This document shows, piece after piece, positions 1-10,925 of a stretch of DNA of 26,932 nt. Source of the stretch: Octopus sinensis. Its lineage: Eukaryota. Every line of letters begins with the position of its first letter. The stretch's first letter is position 1. Below the pieces are notes generated by a model that saw nothing but the letters and a program-made list of their open reading frames with translations, ran no database searches and was not told the DNA's origin. Location of the stretch: positions 1 through 26,932 of the forward strand of contig NW_021836398.1 in the NCBI RefSeq assembly GCF_006345805.1, in the 5' to 3' direction. The position numbers and the translations under genes are program-made.

Positions 1-550
1 CATGGCTGTCAGACAATTTCTGCGACCACATAATCCCTAACATCTGGCCAGCTAACTCCCCAGACTGCAACCCTCTTGATAATTATCTATTTCTTTACTA
101 CCCACAAGGGCTAAACACAGAGGGGACAAACAAGGACAGACAAAGGGATTAAGTTGATTACATAGAGCCCAGTGCGTAACTGGTACTTAATTTATCGACC
201 CTGAAAGGATGAAAGGCAAAGTTGACCTCGGCGGAATTTGAACTCGGAACGTAACGGCAGACGAAATACTGCTAAGCATTTCGCCCGGCGTGCTAACATT
301 TCTGCCAGCTTGCTGCCTTTTTTGCTGGGCACAGTTGAGCAAAATCCCTTGTAACACCAAAGATTGCAAGAGATTCTGAAGTCTCCTGGAGGCTGTGGTT
401 GAATCCAATGGTGATTTTATTGAATAAATTTACTCTTTAGTATTTCAAGATTTTTATATGTAATTTCGGTAAATACAACTGCTAAAATGAAATGTCAGTT
501 TTATTTTCATTTTTGTGTTATTTAGACGACAGTTTATTCACAACATCCTC
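1..550 (+). mobile_element. Decayed Tc1/mariner-superfamily DNA transposon 3' portion (transposase pseudogene), interrupted by a SINE
   Basis: 3-83 translates WLSDNFCDHIIPNIWPANSPDCNPLDN (WPxxSPDLNPLDY catalytic motif, maT/DD37D-like). After the SINE it resumes with PCNTKDCKRF*SLLEAVVESNGDFIE*, a typical transposase C-terminus. Confidence 0.85.
86..317 (-). mobile_element. SINE family B, near full length
   Basis: Reverse complement of the element at 11454-11683; includes GAGTTCAAATTCC (box B-like), CTTTGCCTTTCATCCTTTC..GGTCGATAAATTAAGTACCAG and the tail GTAAAGAAATAG. Confidence 0.88.
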
Positions 551-557
551 TCTCTCA

Positions 558-562
558 CTCTT

Positions 563-611
<49 letters not shown>

Positions 612-710
612 GTATATATGTGTGTGTCTATATATATATATATGCATACACACACATATGTATAGCTATATATGCATGTATATATATATATATATATATA
701 CATACATATG

Positions 711-741
<31 letters not shown>

Positions 742-930
742 ATATATATATACACACTCTTATATATATTGCATATATATATATATATATGCATATATTG
801 CATATGTATGTATACGCACATATATGCATCTATAGATATACATGCATGTGTATATAAATATATACATGCATGCGTGTGTATATATATATACATACATGTG
901 TGTATATATACACGCACATGCACACGTGTG
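558..930. repeat. Compound (CT)n/(TA)n/(TATG)n microsatellite
   Basis: Directly visible simple repeats. Confidence 0.95.
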
Positions 931-1522
931 TCAATGTCTATTCCTGTATTAATTTCCCTATAGACTAAAGCTTTGGTAAATGAATTCATTTTCCACCTCC
1001 ACTTCCGTGAACCCCCACCCCACTCGTCCCCTTGCCTCCTTTCAACTTCCTTCTCACCCACTCCGTCCCCCTTCACTCATTTCTCTCCACCAACCAGCCC
1101 CACCACCACCCCTACAAAATCATCCCTTAACAATCCTCCCTCACCCTTGACAAACCATCTTACCCACCACCTCACCACCCCATTTTACCTTTCACCCCCA
1201 CCATCCACCCAGTTCCAGCTGTGCTGGGGGGGGGGGGGGCAAACCTGAGATTAAACATTCGATTTTTTGGGTTTCTTTTTTTACCATAACTTACCTGACA
1301 TCAACCATCTGGAGCCAGACAGAGGTGGTGGGTTATGTTGTGGTGGGTGTGTATCATTATCATCATCATCAACATCATGATACACCTAATGGGCCCACTC
1401 CGAGCATGTACCTGCTAACGAAGCGCAAAGGGCACTTACCTTAGCAGTCAGGACCCTTGTGGACTTGTGGGGTTTCCATGAGAAGTCAGAGGTTTCCCTT
1501 TTTGAGGAATTTTGTTGTTCCA

Positions 1523-1872
1523 TTCTTTTATTCTTTTATTGGTTTCAGTCATTTGACTATGGCCATGCTGGAGCACCGTCTGTTTTTGAACAAATCGACC
1601 ACAGGACTTATTCCTTGTAAGCCTAGTACTTATTCTATAGGTCTCTTTTGCTGAACCGCTAAGTTATGGAAACGTTAGCACACCAACATCAGTTGTCAAG
1701 TGATGGTGGTGGGAACAAAACACACACACATATATATATATACATATAAACGACAGGCTTCTTTCAGTTTCCGTCTACCAAATCCACTCACAAGGCTTTG
1801 GTCGGCCCGAGGCTATAGTAGAAGACACTTCCCTAAGGTGTCATGCAGTGGGGCTGTACCCGGAGCTATGTG
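1523..1872 (-). mobile_element. tRNA-derived SINE family A, head truncated
   Basis: Reverse complement of 23256-23673 (GTTTCAGTCATTTGACT...CTTTCAGTTTCCGTCTACCAAATCCACTCACAAGGC). Confidence 0.9.
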
Positions 1873-1883
1873 TAGTTGTGATA

Positions 1884-2206
1884 CCCATGCTGGTGGCACG
1901 TAAAAAGCACCATCCAAATGTGGCCAATGCCAGTACCACCTTGACTGGCATTTGTGCTGGTAGCACGTAAAAAGCACCATCCAAATGTGGCCGATGCCAG
2001 CACCACCTTAACTGGTGTCCGTGCCAGTGGCACGTAAAAAGCACCCACTACACTCATGGAGTGGTTGGTGTTCGGAAGGGCATCCAGCTGTAAAAACACT
2101 GTCAAATTAGACTGAAGCCTGGTGCAGCCTCCTGGCTTCCCAGACCCCGGTCGAACTGTCCAACCCATGCCAGCATGGAAAATGGATGTTAAACGATGAT
2201 GATGAT
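1884..2206 (+). mobile_element. RTE-tail SINE/LINE 3' end (family C) with internal GGTGGCACGTAAAAAGCACC repeats and (GAT)n tail
   Basis: GGAAGGGCATCCAGCTGTA...CAACCCATGCCAGCATGGAAAATGGATGTTAAACGATGATGATG; the same tail follows the RTE ORF remnant at 5856-6280. Confidence 0.8.
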
Positions 2207-2324
2207 TAGTGAGAAGTGCAACAATGTTCTCTGGGAGACTCTGGGTGTTGAGGAAAACAAACTGACCAGTTTTTTCCAGAGGACTTGCTGGTCAGGAACT
2301 CTCTTAGATATTTCCCAGATGTTA

Positions 2325-2440
2325 CCCATTTACAGCTGAGTGGCCTGCTGCAATATGAAAGGAAAGTGTTTTGCTCAAGGACGCAACACATCTCTAGAAA
2401 TTGAACTCACAACACCATAACCACAAGGCCATGTACCTTC
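2325..2440 (-). mobile_element. Old diverged SINE fragment
   Basis: AAGTGTTTTGCTCAAGGACGCAACAC...ATTGAACTC resembles the antisense of a SINE head/core. Confidence 0.5.
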
Positions 2441-2525
2441 ACCACATACACGTACAAACACACACACATACATATATAATGTATGCATGTATCTAAGTAC
2501 TTATATGTGTGTAGATATGCATACA

Positions 2526-2567
<42 letters not shown>

Positions 2568-2570
2568 ATA

Positions 2571-2881
2571 AATTTATATATAGAGGGCAATATACATACA
2601 TGCCAGAGGGCATTATACATACATGCCACACGCTAAGAGGGACAATTAGTCATTTCTACCAAAAATATTACTAATCCCACCGAATGCAATTTTTCAAAGT
2701 AAGACATTTAAAAAATATTTAAAAAATATTTTTTATATTTTTTAAATGTCTTACTTTGAAAAATTGCATTCGGTGGGATTAGTATATTTTTGGTAGAAAT
2801 GACTAATTGTCCCTCTTAGCGTGTGGCATGTATGTATAATGCCCTCTGGCATGTATGTATATTGCCCTCTATATATAAATT
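2571..2881. repeat. Near-perfect 311-bp palindrome (fold-back)
   Basis: AATTTATATATAGAGGGCAATATAC...AAGACATTTAAAAAATAT is mirrored by ATATTTTTTAAATGTCTT...GCCCTCTATATATAAATT; only small indels; centre AAAAAATATTTTTT. Confidence 0.97.
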
Positions 2882-2996
2882 AATATGTTCAATAAGAAAT
2901 AATTATTTTCGAAATTTTTCTCTTATGAGGTTTTCACGCTATCTACCTGACAATTTCTTGTTAAGTTTTCCTTATTAAGTAGTTGTCCTTAATTGC

Positions 2997-3041
<45 letters not shown>

Positions 3042-3099
3042 TATATATTTATGCATAAACATGTTTATTTACATATATATATATATATATATGTATGTA

Positions 3100-3312
3100 T
3101 GTCTGTTTATATGTGTATGTGACCTCGTGTGTACCGTTGGCAATGTCTTTCCCTCTGTCTTCCCTTCTATGGATCTTTCCTTCTCCTATGTTTCCAAAGA
3201 AAAGCTCCGCTCTAAACGTTAAACCCTCCTTTTTACCTTCTTTCCTGAGCGTCCAATAATACTATATTTGTTCCATGTCCTCACATTGTTGTGCTTTCTT
3301 GTTTGGATTAAT
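3100..3312 (+). mobile_element. Short (TA)n-flanked element with a decayed minimal hammerhead (3190-3224)
   Basis: GTTT-CCAAAGA-A-AAGC-TCC-GCTC-TAAA-CGTT-AAAC followed by TTCCTGAGCG; same layout as 14402-14443 and 21385-21422. Confidence 0.6.
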
Positions 3313-3387
3313 ATACATACATATATCATCATCATCATCGTAAAGAGGACGCTAAACGATGATGATGATGATATATGTATGTATATT
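3310..3387. repeat. 31-bp perfect inverted repeat around a family C tail remnant
   Basis: AATATACATACATATATCATCATCATCATCG / CGATGATGATGATGATATATGTATGTATATT with a 16-nt spacer. Confidence 0.9.
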
Positions 3388-3802
3388 TATATGTATGTGT
3401 ATGTATGTATCTAGCTATCTATCTGTCTGTCTATTTATCTATATATCTATGTGCGTGTGTGTGTGTGTGTGTATCTACATATCTTTGCTATCACAAAAAT
3501 AATATACGATATAGGTGTACAATAAAAAAAAGCACACAGCATATCTAATATTGGAACTTAAACAAATAACAAACCCCAGACTATCTTTTAAGGAATTTAA
3601 GGTGCGGCTCTCAATTACTTGGTATGCGAGTGTATATATATTTGTGTATGTATGTATATATATATATATGACTGTTAGGTGTATATATTAGTCACTACCT
3701 CATTATTTCAGAATGATTTTAATTTGGCTTTTTAATGGGTCTTTCATTAAATATGTTAATATTGAATACACACACTTATTTAATATATACATACATACAT
3801 AC

Positions 3803-3845
<43 letters not shown>

Positions 3846-3853
3846 TATATATA

Positions 3854-4045
3854 TACATTTGATGGCTATTTGTCCTCATTTTGTTTGTTGTTAACACATT
3901 GTTTCGGGTGTCTTGGGGAAATTTCGAACCTGGGTTCTCATTTTTCACTGTATTAATCATTATTATTATTCAGGTCACTGCCTGGAATCGAACTCAGAAT
4001 CTTAGGTTTAGTAGTCTGTGCTCTTAACCACTATACTATATGCCT
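3854..4045 (-). mobile_element. tRNA-derived SINE family D
   Basis: Minus strand GGCATATAGTATAGTGGTTAAGAGC (box A) ...GAGTTCGATTCCAGG (box B), then (AAT)n and body; its end TACATTTGATGG recurs at the window end (about 26917-26932). Confidence 0.8.
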
Positions 4046-4054
4046 GTATAGAAC

Positions 4055-4087
<33 letters not shown>

Positions 4088-4564
4088 ATTATATATGTGT
4101 ATATATATTATATATGTATGTAGTACATTGATGAGATGTTGTGTAACCATTATCATCCATCCAAGGTGTTGAATGCACTTCTTCACTTGATTGTTTAAAT
4201 AAGTCCTTTGTTAGATTTCCTTGTCATTTCACTCAGTTTACAAATGCATATCCAAATTGACATGTCCCTTCCAGCAGTTTACAGACAAAACTAAACACAT
4301 GGACATAGTGACACACGAAATACAATTATTATCAAAATAAAAAATACAAAAATATAGAAGCAGACAAAAATAATAAGGGCATATGTATGTGTAATACTTC
4401 CCAGTACGTTCCCTAAATTCAAAACACTAAAATTCCTATACAAAAATTAATAAGGATCAGCCATGAGAAGGCACAAAATACTTCTTTTACAAATCCTATC
4501 TAACTCATGCTAGCATAGAAAATGAAGATGTAGAAACTATGAAGGGTAAAGACTTATTACTTAC

Positions 4565-4676
4565 AGCTGTTTCTGTATCCAGTTTCCTGGTGATAATGAA
4601 GTCCACTTGGTTTGTGGGTTTACCTGAATTTTAGGTTATTGTGTTTACTAAGTTTCTACAAAATGCTGTTGCATAC
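4565..4676 (-). pseudogene. RTE-clade LINE APE endonuclease fragment
   Basis: Minus strand reads VCNSIL*KLSKH/IT*NSGKPTNQVDFIITRKLD, matching the endonuclease C-terminal pattern (NT.F.K...H.ITY.SG...QIDYI); stops and a frameshift are present. Confidence 0.75.
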
Positions 4677-5259
4677 ATTGTTGTGTCTAGGGAGAGTCTC
4701 CTTTATTATTAGTCAATAAAGAAGTGGAATTGAACCAGTATGTGTGTTAATATTGGCATAATGACTCACCCTGGACACAACAAAATTTGTTTCAACACAC
4801 AAATTCACATAAAGAATCATGCAAACCAGACACCAAGATGGTATTACAAATGGTTAGGTTATTTGCATCACAATATAAAAAGATTCTTGAGTCCTCTTCA
4901 ATCTGTGTACCCTAATCATAGCTTCCCTGTACATGAGGGTAACCTCTGTGATGTGACCCTTCTGTTGAAATACACTGCGTTTATTTTAATTAATGAAAGC
5001 CAACAAAAGCCTTGGGAGTGTATTTGGTAGATGGAAACTGAAAGAAGCCTATTGTGTGTGTATATTTTTGTTGTAACATCATTTCTAGTCTTCTATGGTA
5101 AATACTTTTGACCATGGGGGGGAATATTATCTTGCATGTGAGCAGGTGAGGATTGGCAACAGGAAGAGCGTCCGGATATAAGAAAACCTGCCTCAATGAA
5201 TTCTGCCCATAGAAATATGGAAAATGGATGTTGAATAACGATGTTAACGATGATGGGTT

Positions 5260-5840
5260 TTTGTTTGAAGCAAAATAATTTGGTCGTTATTAATCTGGTG
5301 TCTGGAACATAACATGAAATGTTGTTGGAAGCTTTTTAATCTGTATCATTTTTAAGCACAGTTTGTATCCTAGAACCGACATCGGTCCCAAGTGTGATGG
5401 CATCAAAGAGGTTAAGCTGGTGCTTAGAACATAAAATTAAAATGAAGTTTTTTTTTTTTTAATTGACTAAATTAACTTCGTCGTTGTTAACACATTCATT
5501 ACCACATTTCTGTTTCAATTAATTTGAAACATAATGAAATATTTAGCAAAACAGCTTCGTCCGTTATTAATCTGGTGTCTGTAACATAAATTAAAGAGAT
5601 ATTTCTGATGGAAGCTTTTAATTTAAATAACTTTGAAGGAATGAATGAATGGAATTGGTACCAGAGAACAAAGAATTGCTCCTGGTGGGTTTGGATCAAA
5701 AAAAGGTTAAACTGGAATTTAGGAAATAAATTCACGTGGGAATGTCATGGAACTTTTAATTCAGTTCACTTTTGAAACTGGAAAATTGTTGTACAGAAGC
5801 AGGAATTGCCTCAGGTGGGTGGCTATGAAAATGGTTTAAT
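5260..5840 (+). mobile_element. Cluster of decayed piggyBac-type MITE right ends
   Basis: Repeated TTATTAATCTGGTGTCTG.AACATAA segments ending in AAAGAGGTTAA, AAAAGGTTAA or AAATGGTTTAA; similar to the 3' half of 6336-6542. Confidence 0.55.
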
Positions 5841-5855
5841 GTTTGTTTTTCAAAT

Positions 5856-6280
5856 TGGCATGAGTTGGATGGTTTGACAGGAGCTGGCCAGGCAGGGAAC
5901 TGGCCAAACTCCAGTCGTCTGTTGTGACATGGTTTCTACAGCTGGATACCCTTCCTAATGCCGACCACTTTACAGCATGTACTGGGTGCTTTTACTTGCC
6001 ACCTGCATGTGTGCATTTATGCAACACCGGCCCAAGTGCATTTGACGTGGCACCTGTAAGGGACAAGCCTGTATGTAGGGACGATAAGGATTTCACTTAG
6101 CTTGACATCTCTTCTCAAGTACAACAAATCGCCACGGCCCCTGGTCCCTTATCATTTCCTCAGTGAGGCCCCACATCCGAAGATCCTCTCTCACCATTTT
6201 GTCCCATGTGTTCCTGGATCTACCCCTTCCACAGGTTGCCTTCAGAACTAGAACTCAACACTTCCTAATGCAGTTGTCCC
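5856..6280 (-). mobile_element. RTE-clade LINE 3' end (ORF C-terminus plus 3' UTR)
   Basis: Minus strand translates DNCIRKC*VLVLKATCGRGRSRNTWDKMVREDLRMWGLTEEMIRDQGPWRFVVLEKRCQAK* (RGRP..TW...V..DL...DR..WR motif), followed by the family C tail. Confidence 0.88.
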
Positions 6281-6335
6281 CAAAAGAATCCACCTTGCCA
6301 AACAAGCCTAGTAGGGTTGTCAGCTAACCCTTTAA

Positions 6336-6542
6336 CCCTTTCGTTACTGTATTTATTTTGAGATGCTCTGTGTTTCTTTGAATTACTTTAAATATAACAA
6401 AGAATTTAGTAAAATAACTTAGTATTATCATTCAGCTAATGTTAGGAACATAAATTGTGACTAAGGTTTGGTGGAATATTCTAATTCAAAACTTATGTAC
6501 TCAGAACCAGAGCCAGTTTCTGCAGGGTTGGTAACGAAACGG
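6336..6542. mobile_element. piggyBac-type MITE with TTAA target-site duplication
   Basis: TTAA|CCCTTTCGTTAC ... GTAACGAAACGG|TTAA: 12-bp terminal inverted repeats with one mismatch. Confidence 0.85.
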
Positions 6543-6649
6543 TTAACATTCAGATCAGTCTGTCAAATGTTAATGCTTATTTATCCAGGTTGTTTTGAAG
6601 GAATCCTGCATTATCTTGTAATTTCAAGCTTTCAAATGGTGCGGTTCTC

Positions 6650-6984
6650 TTTCACTCTCTTACTTGTTTCAGTCATTGGACTGTGGCCATGCTGGAGCAC
6701 TGCCTTCAGTGGAGCAAATCGATCCCAGGACTTATTCTTTGTAAGCCTAGTACTTATTCTATTGGTCTCTTTTGCTGAACCACTAGATTACAGGGACATA
6801 AACACACCAAACATACACACACACACACACATATATATATATATGTATGTTTGTGTGTGTATATGTTTGTGTGTCTGTGTTTGTCCCCCCAACATCGCTT
6901 GACAACTGATGCTGGTGTGTTTACGTGCCCGTAACTTAGTGGTTCAGCAAAAGAGACCGATAGAATAAGTATTAGGCTTACAAA

Positions 6985-7023
<39 letters not shown>

Positions 7024-7198
7024 TATATATATATATACGACGGGTTTTTTTCAGTTTCTATCTACCAAATCCACTCAAGGCTTTGGTCGGCCCGAGGCTA
7101 TAGTAGAAGACACTTGTCCAAGGTGCCACGCAGTGGGACTGAACCCAGAACCATGCGGTTCGTAAGCAAGCTACTTATCACACAGCCACTCCTATGCC
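6650..7198. mobile_element. Family A SINE pieces: tail (-, 6650-6810), inverted body (+, 6845-6988), head (-, 7035-7198)
   Basis: Piecewise match to the family A consensus; 6725-6810 and 6914-6988 are reverse complements. Confidence 0.85.
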
Positions 7199-7239
7199 TA
7201 TGTTTATTTTTTTTTTAGAACGACACCATAGAGTAGGTG

Positions 7240-7420
7240 TGAGAGCACCCAGTACACTCTATAAAGGGGTTGGCATTAGAAAGGGCATCCAGCCATAGAA
7301 ACCAAGCCAAACAGATAACAGGAACATGAAGCAGCTCTCCGGCCTTACCAGCGAGCCATCTCTAACTGAACTGTCCCACCCATGACAGCATAGAAAACAG
7401 ACATTTAATGATGATGTTGA
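7240..7420 (+). mobile_element. Family C (RTE-tail) element fragment
   Basis: GCACCCAGTACACTCT...GGCATTAGAAAGGGCATCCAGCC...CCCATGACAGCATAGAAAACAGACATTTAATGATGATG. Confidence 0.75.
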
Positions 7421-7820
7421 TATTAAATATAAATCAGATGGCCCTGGAATGCAGCTGGTTTCATGATATTAGATAGAAAGATGGGGGAACATAGACAGCA
7501 TCTGCAGGGTACTTGGTAGGGGTAGGTTTACTAGGAAGCAGGGTATAAAAAAAAAATGAGTCTTCACTGCTGTCAGAATTAGTTTGAGCTATGGTAGGAG
7601 TAGGTGGGTGGTGGTGGCCCTCGTTGTCAAGGTAGGGATTAGAACATGCCACACTTGCCAAAAGAGGTGGTAGGGTGGGGTGGGGTGGAGTGTGTGTCTG
7701 TGTGGAGGCTAGTGAAACAGGAGTGGTGGAGGACACTGTTTCTGTAAGGGCCTGTATTTGCACTTTGTTCCCAACACAGCAAAGAACATGCATGCAATTT
7801 GTAGCTCTCAAGAGACGCCT

Positions 7821-7859
<39 letters not shown>

Positions 7860-8067
7860 TGAATAATATTAATAATAATATGAATAATATTAATAATATT
7901 AATAATAATAGTAATAATAGTAACAACAACAATAATTCGTAATAATAATAACAATAATAATAATAATGATAATAATAATAGTAACAACAATTCGTGGTAA
8001 TAATAATAATGATAATAATAATAATGATAATAATGATAATAATAATAATAATAACAATAGTAATAAA
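7821..8067. repeat. (AAT)n microsatellite, about 245 bp
   Basis: Directly visible. Confidence 0.95.
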
Positions 8068-8698
8068 AGAAATAACAAAGGTTCAGTAATAAAAATTTTC
8101 GGTTAATTGAAAGTTAGCAGCTACTTTATTGCGGCATCATGGCACTGTTGAGTAAATAATACGACGTTTGGAGGAGGTGCAGATAGCCACTCGGTCAATT
8201 ACACAGCTAAATTGAATTTCTGGTTGATGAGGCTTGAGGAAAAAAGTAGAGGGAAGGAGGAGGAGGAATGTGTGTGTGTACGTTCATGCAATAGATATAT
8301 ATATGTACGTACATACATATATGCAAATAAACAAACATACATCACACATCATCGTCATTTTACGTCTGTTTTTCGATGCCGGCATGGGTTAGATGGTTTG
8401 ACAGGAGCTGGCAAGTCGGAATGATGTGCTTAGCTCCGTTGTCCGCTTTGGCATGTGTTCTGTGACTAGTTGAAGAAATTGCGCCCTCCCACCCCAGTAC
8501 TTTGTTTTTTGAGCATGGCACTTAGTCTGTCAGTCACTTTTGTTGAACTGCTAAGTTACTAGGATGTAAATACACCAACACTGGTTGTCAAGCATTGGTG
8601 GGAGTCAAACACATACAAAAGCACACACACACACACACATACATGAATCATAATCCACCTCTGACAATAGAGAGCAGCTGCTATATTCCCTTCTGTAT

Positions 8699-8792
8699 TG
8701 GCTAACTCTGATGAGTGTAAAGTTATATAATCGATTTCTTAGCTAACACTCCATTGTATTCTTTACATGAAACCAATTGGTAAGACCAGCCA
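8699..8792 (+). ncRNA. Type I hammerhead ribozyme motif with long loop II
   Basis: CTGATGA (8708-8714), stem II GTGTAAAG/CTTTACAT with 38-nt loop, GAAA (8769-8772), palindromic stem III ACCAATTGGT, GUA cleavage triplet (after 8782), interrupted stem I TGGCT-AA-CT / AG-ACC-AGCCA. Confidence 0.7.
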
Positions 8793-9009
8793 TGACGGAT
8801 ATTTCAGATTATATATATATATATATATAAGGTTAGTAGATTTAGAAGTTTGAATACCTGCCTAAGGGATAAAAGTATCCGTTATACCACCGGTATGATT
8901 ACCTGTTAACCCTGGACATACATATGCAGGCATTATGCTCATAGATTACAGGTGATGACAAAGATAAACATTAGTTTATGAGGAATTGAATTTACTTTAC
9001 ATACATACA

Positions 9010-9160
9010 AGTTTCTTTCAGTTTTCATTTGCCATATAAACTTACAAGGCTTTGGTCGACCCGAAGCTATAGTAGAAGACAACCAAGGTGCCTCGCGGTG
9101 GGATTGAACCCAGAACCAGGTAGTTATGAAACAAACATCTTACCACACAGTCACACCTGT
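9010..9160 (-). mobile_element. Family A SINE head, diverged
   Basis: CTTTCAGTTTTC...AAGGCTTTGGTCGACCCGAAGCTATAGTAGAAGAC...TTACCACACAGTCAC. Confidence 0.8.
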
Positions 9161-9442
9161 ACCCATTTAGGTATATAAATTTGATAAAGAAGATCCTTAA
9201 CTTTAGTTGCATAGCCGTGTTATCTCCTGATCTGTGCGATATCATCATATGTATATATATATATACGCACGAATGGATCATCGGAATTTGTATACATACC
9301 GACGGATGCGTACATACGTATGTGTGTTTGTGAATTTATACACATATAAAAATAGACACATGACTATATTTATTGGTGTGTGTAGATCTGTATCTCTGTT
9401 ATATTTGTGTGATTATATACGTATATGCACAAACACACATAC

Positions 9443-9485
<43 letters not shown>

Positions 9486-9487
<2 letters not shown>

Positions 9488-10118
9488 TGCAGGAGTTGTA
9501 TGGTAAAAAGCTTGCTTCCCAACCACATGGTTCCAGGTTCAGTCCCACTTCATGTGCACCTTGGGCAAGTGCCTGATAGAATAAGTACTAGGCTGACAAA
9601 GAATAAGTCCTGGGGTCGATTTGTTTGACTAAAGGTGGTGCTCCAGCATGGCCGCAGTCAAATGCCTGAAACAAATAAAAGAGTATATATATATATATAT
9701 ATATATTCTTTGACTTGTTTCAGTCATTTGACTGCGGCCATGCTGGAGCACCACCTTCAGTCAAGCAAATCGCCCCCAGAACTTATTCTTTGTCAGCCTA
9801 GTACTTATTCTATCGGTTTTCTTTTGCTGAACTGCTAAGTTATGGGGACATAAACACACCAGCATCAGTTGTCAGGCAACGGTGGGGACACACACGCACA
9901 CACATACATACATCATACATATATATATATATATATACATACATCTACATATATACGACAGGCTTCTTTCAGTTTCCATCTACCAAATCCACTCACAAGG
10001 CTTTGGTTGGCCCGAGGCTATAGTAGAAGACACTTGCCCAAGGTGCCACACAGTGGGAATGAACCTAGAACCATGTGGTTTGTAAGTAAGCCACTTACCA
10101 CACAGCTTCTCCTCCACC
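9486..10118. mobile_element. Tail-to-tail family A SINE pair: internally deleted + copy (9486-9682) and full-length - copy (9706-10118)
   Basis: Match to the family A consensus; the + copy jumps from GGGCAAGT to GATAGAATAAG at about 9570. Confidence 0.9.
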
Positions 10119-10186
10119 TAACATATATATATATATACATGTATATGTACACACGCACACACACACATATATATATGTATATATAT

Positions 10187-10925
10187 ATACTAAGCAATAA
10201 AGGGTTTAGCAACGAATTGCCTTACCACATACCGAATTTAGAAATAGCAGTCAAAGAGTTATAGCTATTTCTTCTACTAAAAAGGGAGATCTCAGTAAAA
10301 ACAGCAATTGGAAGGCAGACACAAACAGGTAAGAGAGAATGAATTGACGGCAATCTATCATACAATTTTAAGTTATCTACGGACGCACGTTTCGAAATCA
10401 AGTTTTTAGGAAAGCATAAGAATTAAAATTAAATAATTCTACCTTACCAAAACTTCTTTTCTCTTCAGCGTAGAATACTATAATCATAAATGATTATATA
10501 TTGAATTTTGAGATACTAGAAGGCACCAACTCAACTCAGTATCAGAGCGAGCTAGAATCCGCAACTAGTATCACCAAATTCAATGTGTGAATGAAAGATT
10601 GTGTCACCACCCTTCCCACCCGCGTGTAGCCAAAAAGATGCTGTGGTCATCTACTGAGATAAAAATGGTATCCGTAATAATGAAGGGTGAAATTAATTAA
10701 TTTGGAATAATTATCAATTACACCAAGTAGTCTTCGGCATGTAAAAGCCTCATTCGAGGAAAATTTAAGTAATACTAAGCAATAAAGGGTTTAGCAACGA
10801 ATTGCCTTACCACATACCGAATTTAGAAATAGCAGTCAAAGAGTTATAGCTATTTCTTCTACTAAAAAGGGAGATCTCAGTAAAAACAGCAATTGGAAGG
10901 CAGACACAAACAGGTAAGAGAGAAT
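10187..10925 (-). mobile_element. Non-autonomous hammerhead-bearing element with 154-bp direct terminal repeats (period 585 bp); retrozyme or Penelope pLTR-like
   Basis: 10187-10340 equals 10772-10925 (ATACTAAGCAATAAAGGG...GGTAAGAGAGAAT); (TA)n on both sides; hammerhead at 10376-10474; no recognisable ORF. Confidence 0.85.
10376..10474 (-). ncRNA. Type I hammerhead ribozyme, canonical core
   Basis: Minus strand: TCTACG (stem I) CTGAAGA GAAAAGAAGTTTT...AAAACTTGATTTC (stem II) GAAA C GTGC GTC| CGTAGA (stem I); predicted cleavage between 10382 and 10381. Confidence 0.88.

Noticed and set aside
515-1076. Overlapping YI/CV/HT-rich ORFs (also at 20300-22240 and 23965-24446)
   Set aside because: Translations of dinucleotide microsatellites.
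990-1240. Pro/Thr/Ser-rich ORF 973-1248
   Set aside because: C-rich low-complexity tract ending in a G run; no coding evidence.
2750-2810. TTGAAAA...GAAA in the palindrome arm as a U3-A8 hammerhead
   Set aside because: Stems I-III cannot be formed convincingly.
4565-4623. 59-nt minus-strand exon (CAG|...|GTAAGT)
   Set aside because: Better explained as a LINE endonuclease relic whose homology extends past the acceptor; exonisation is not excluded.
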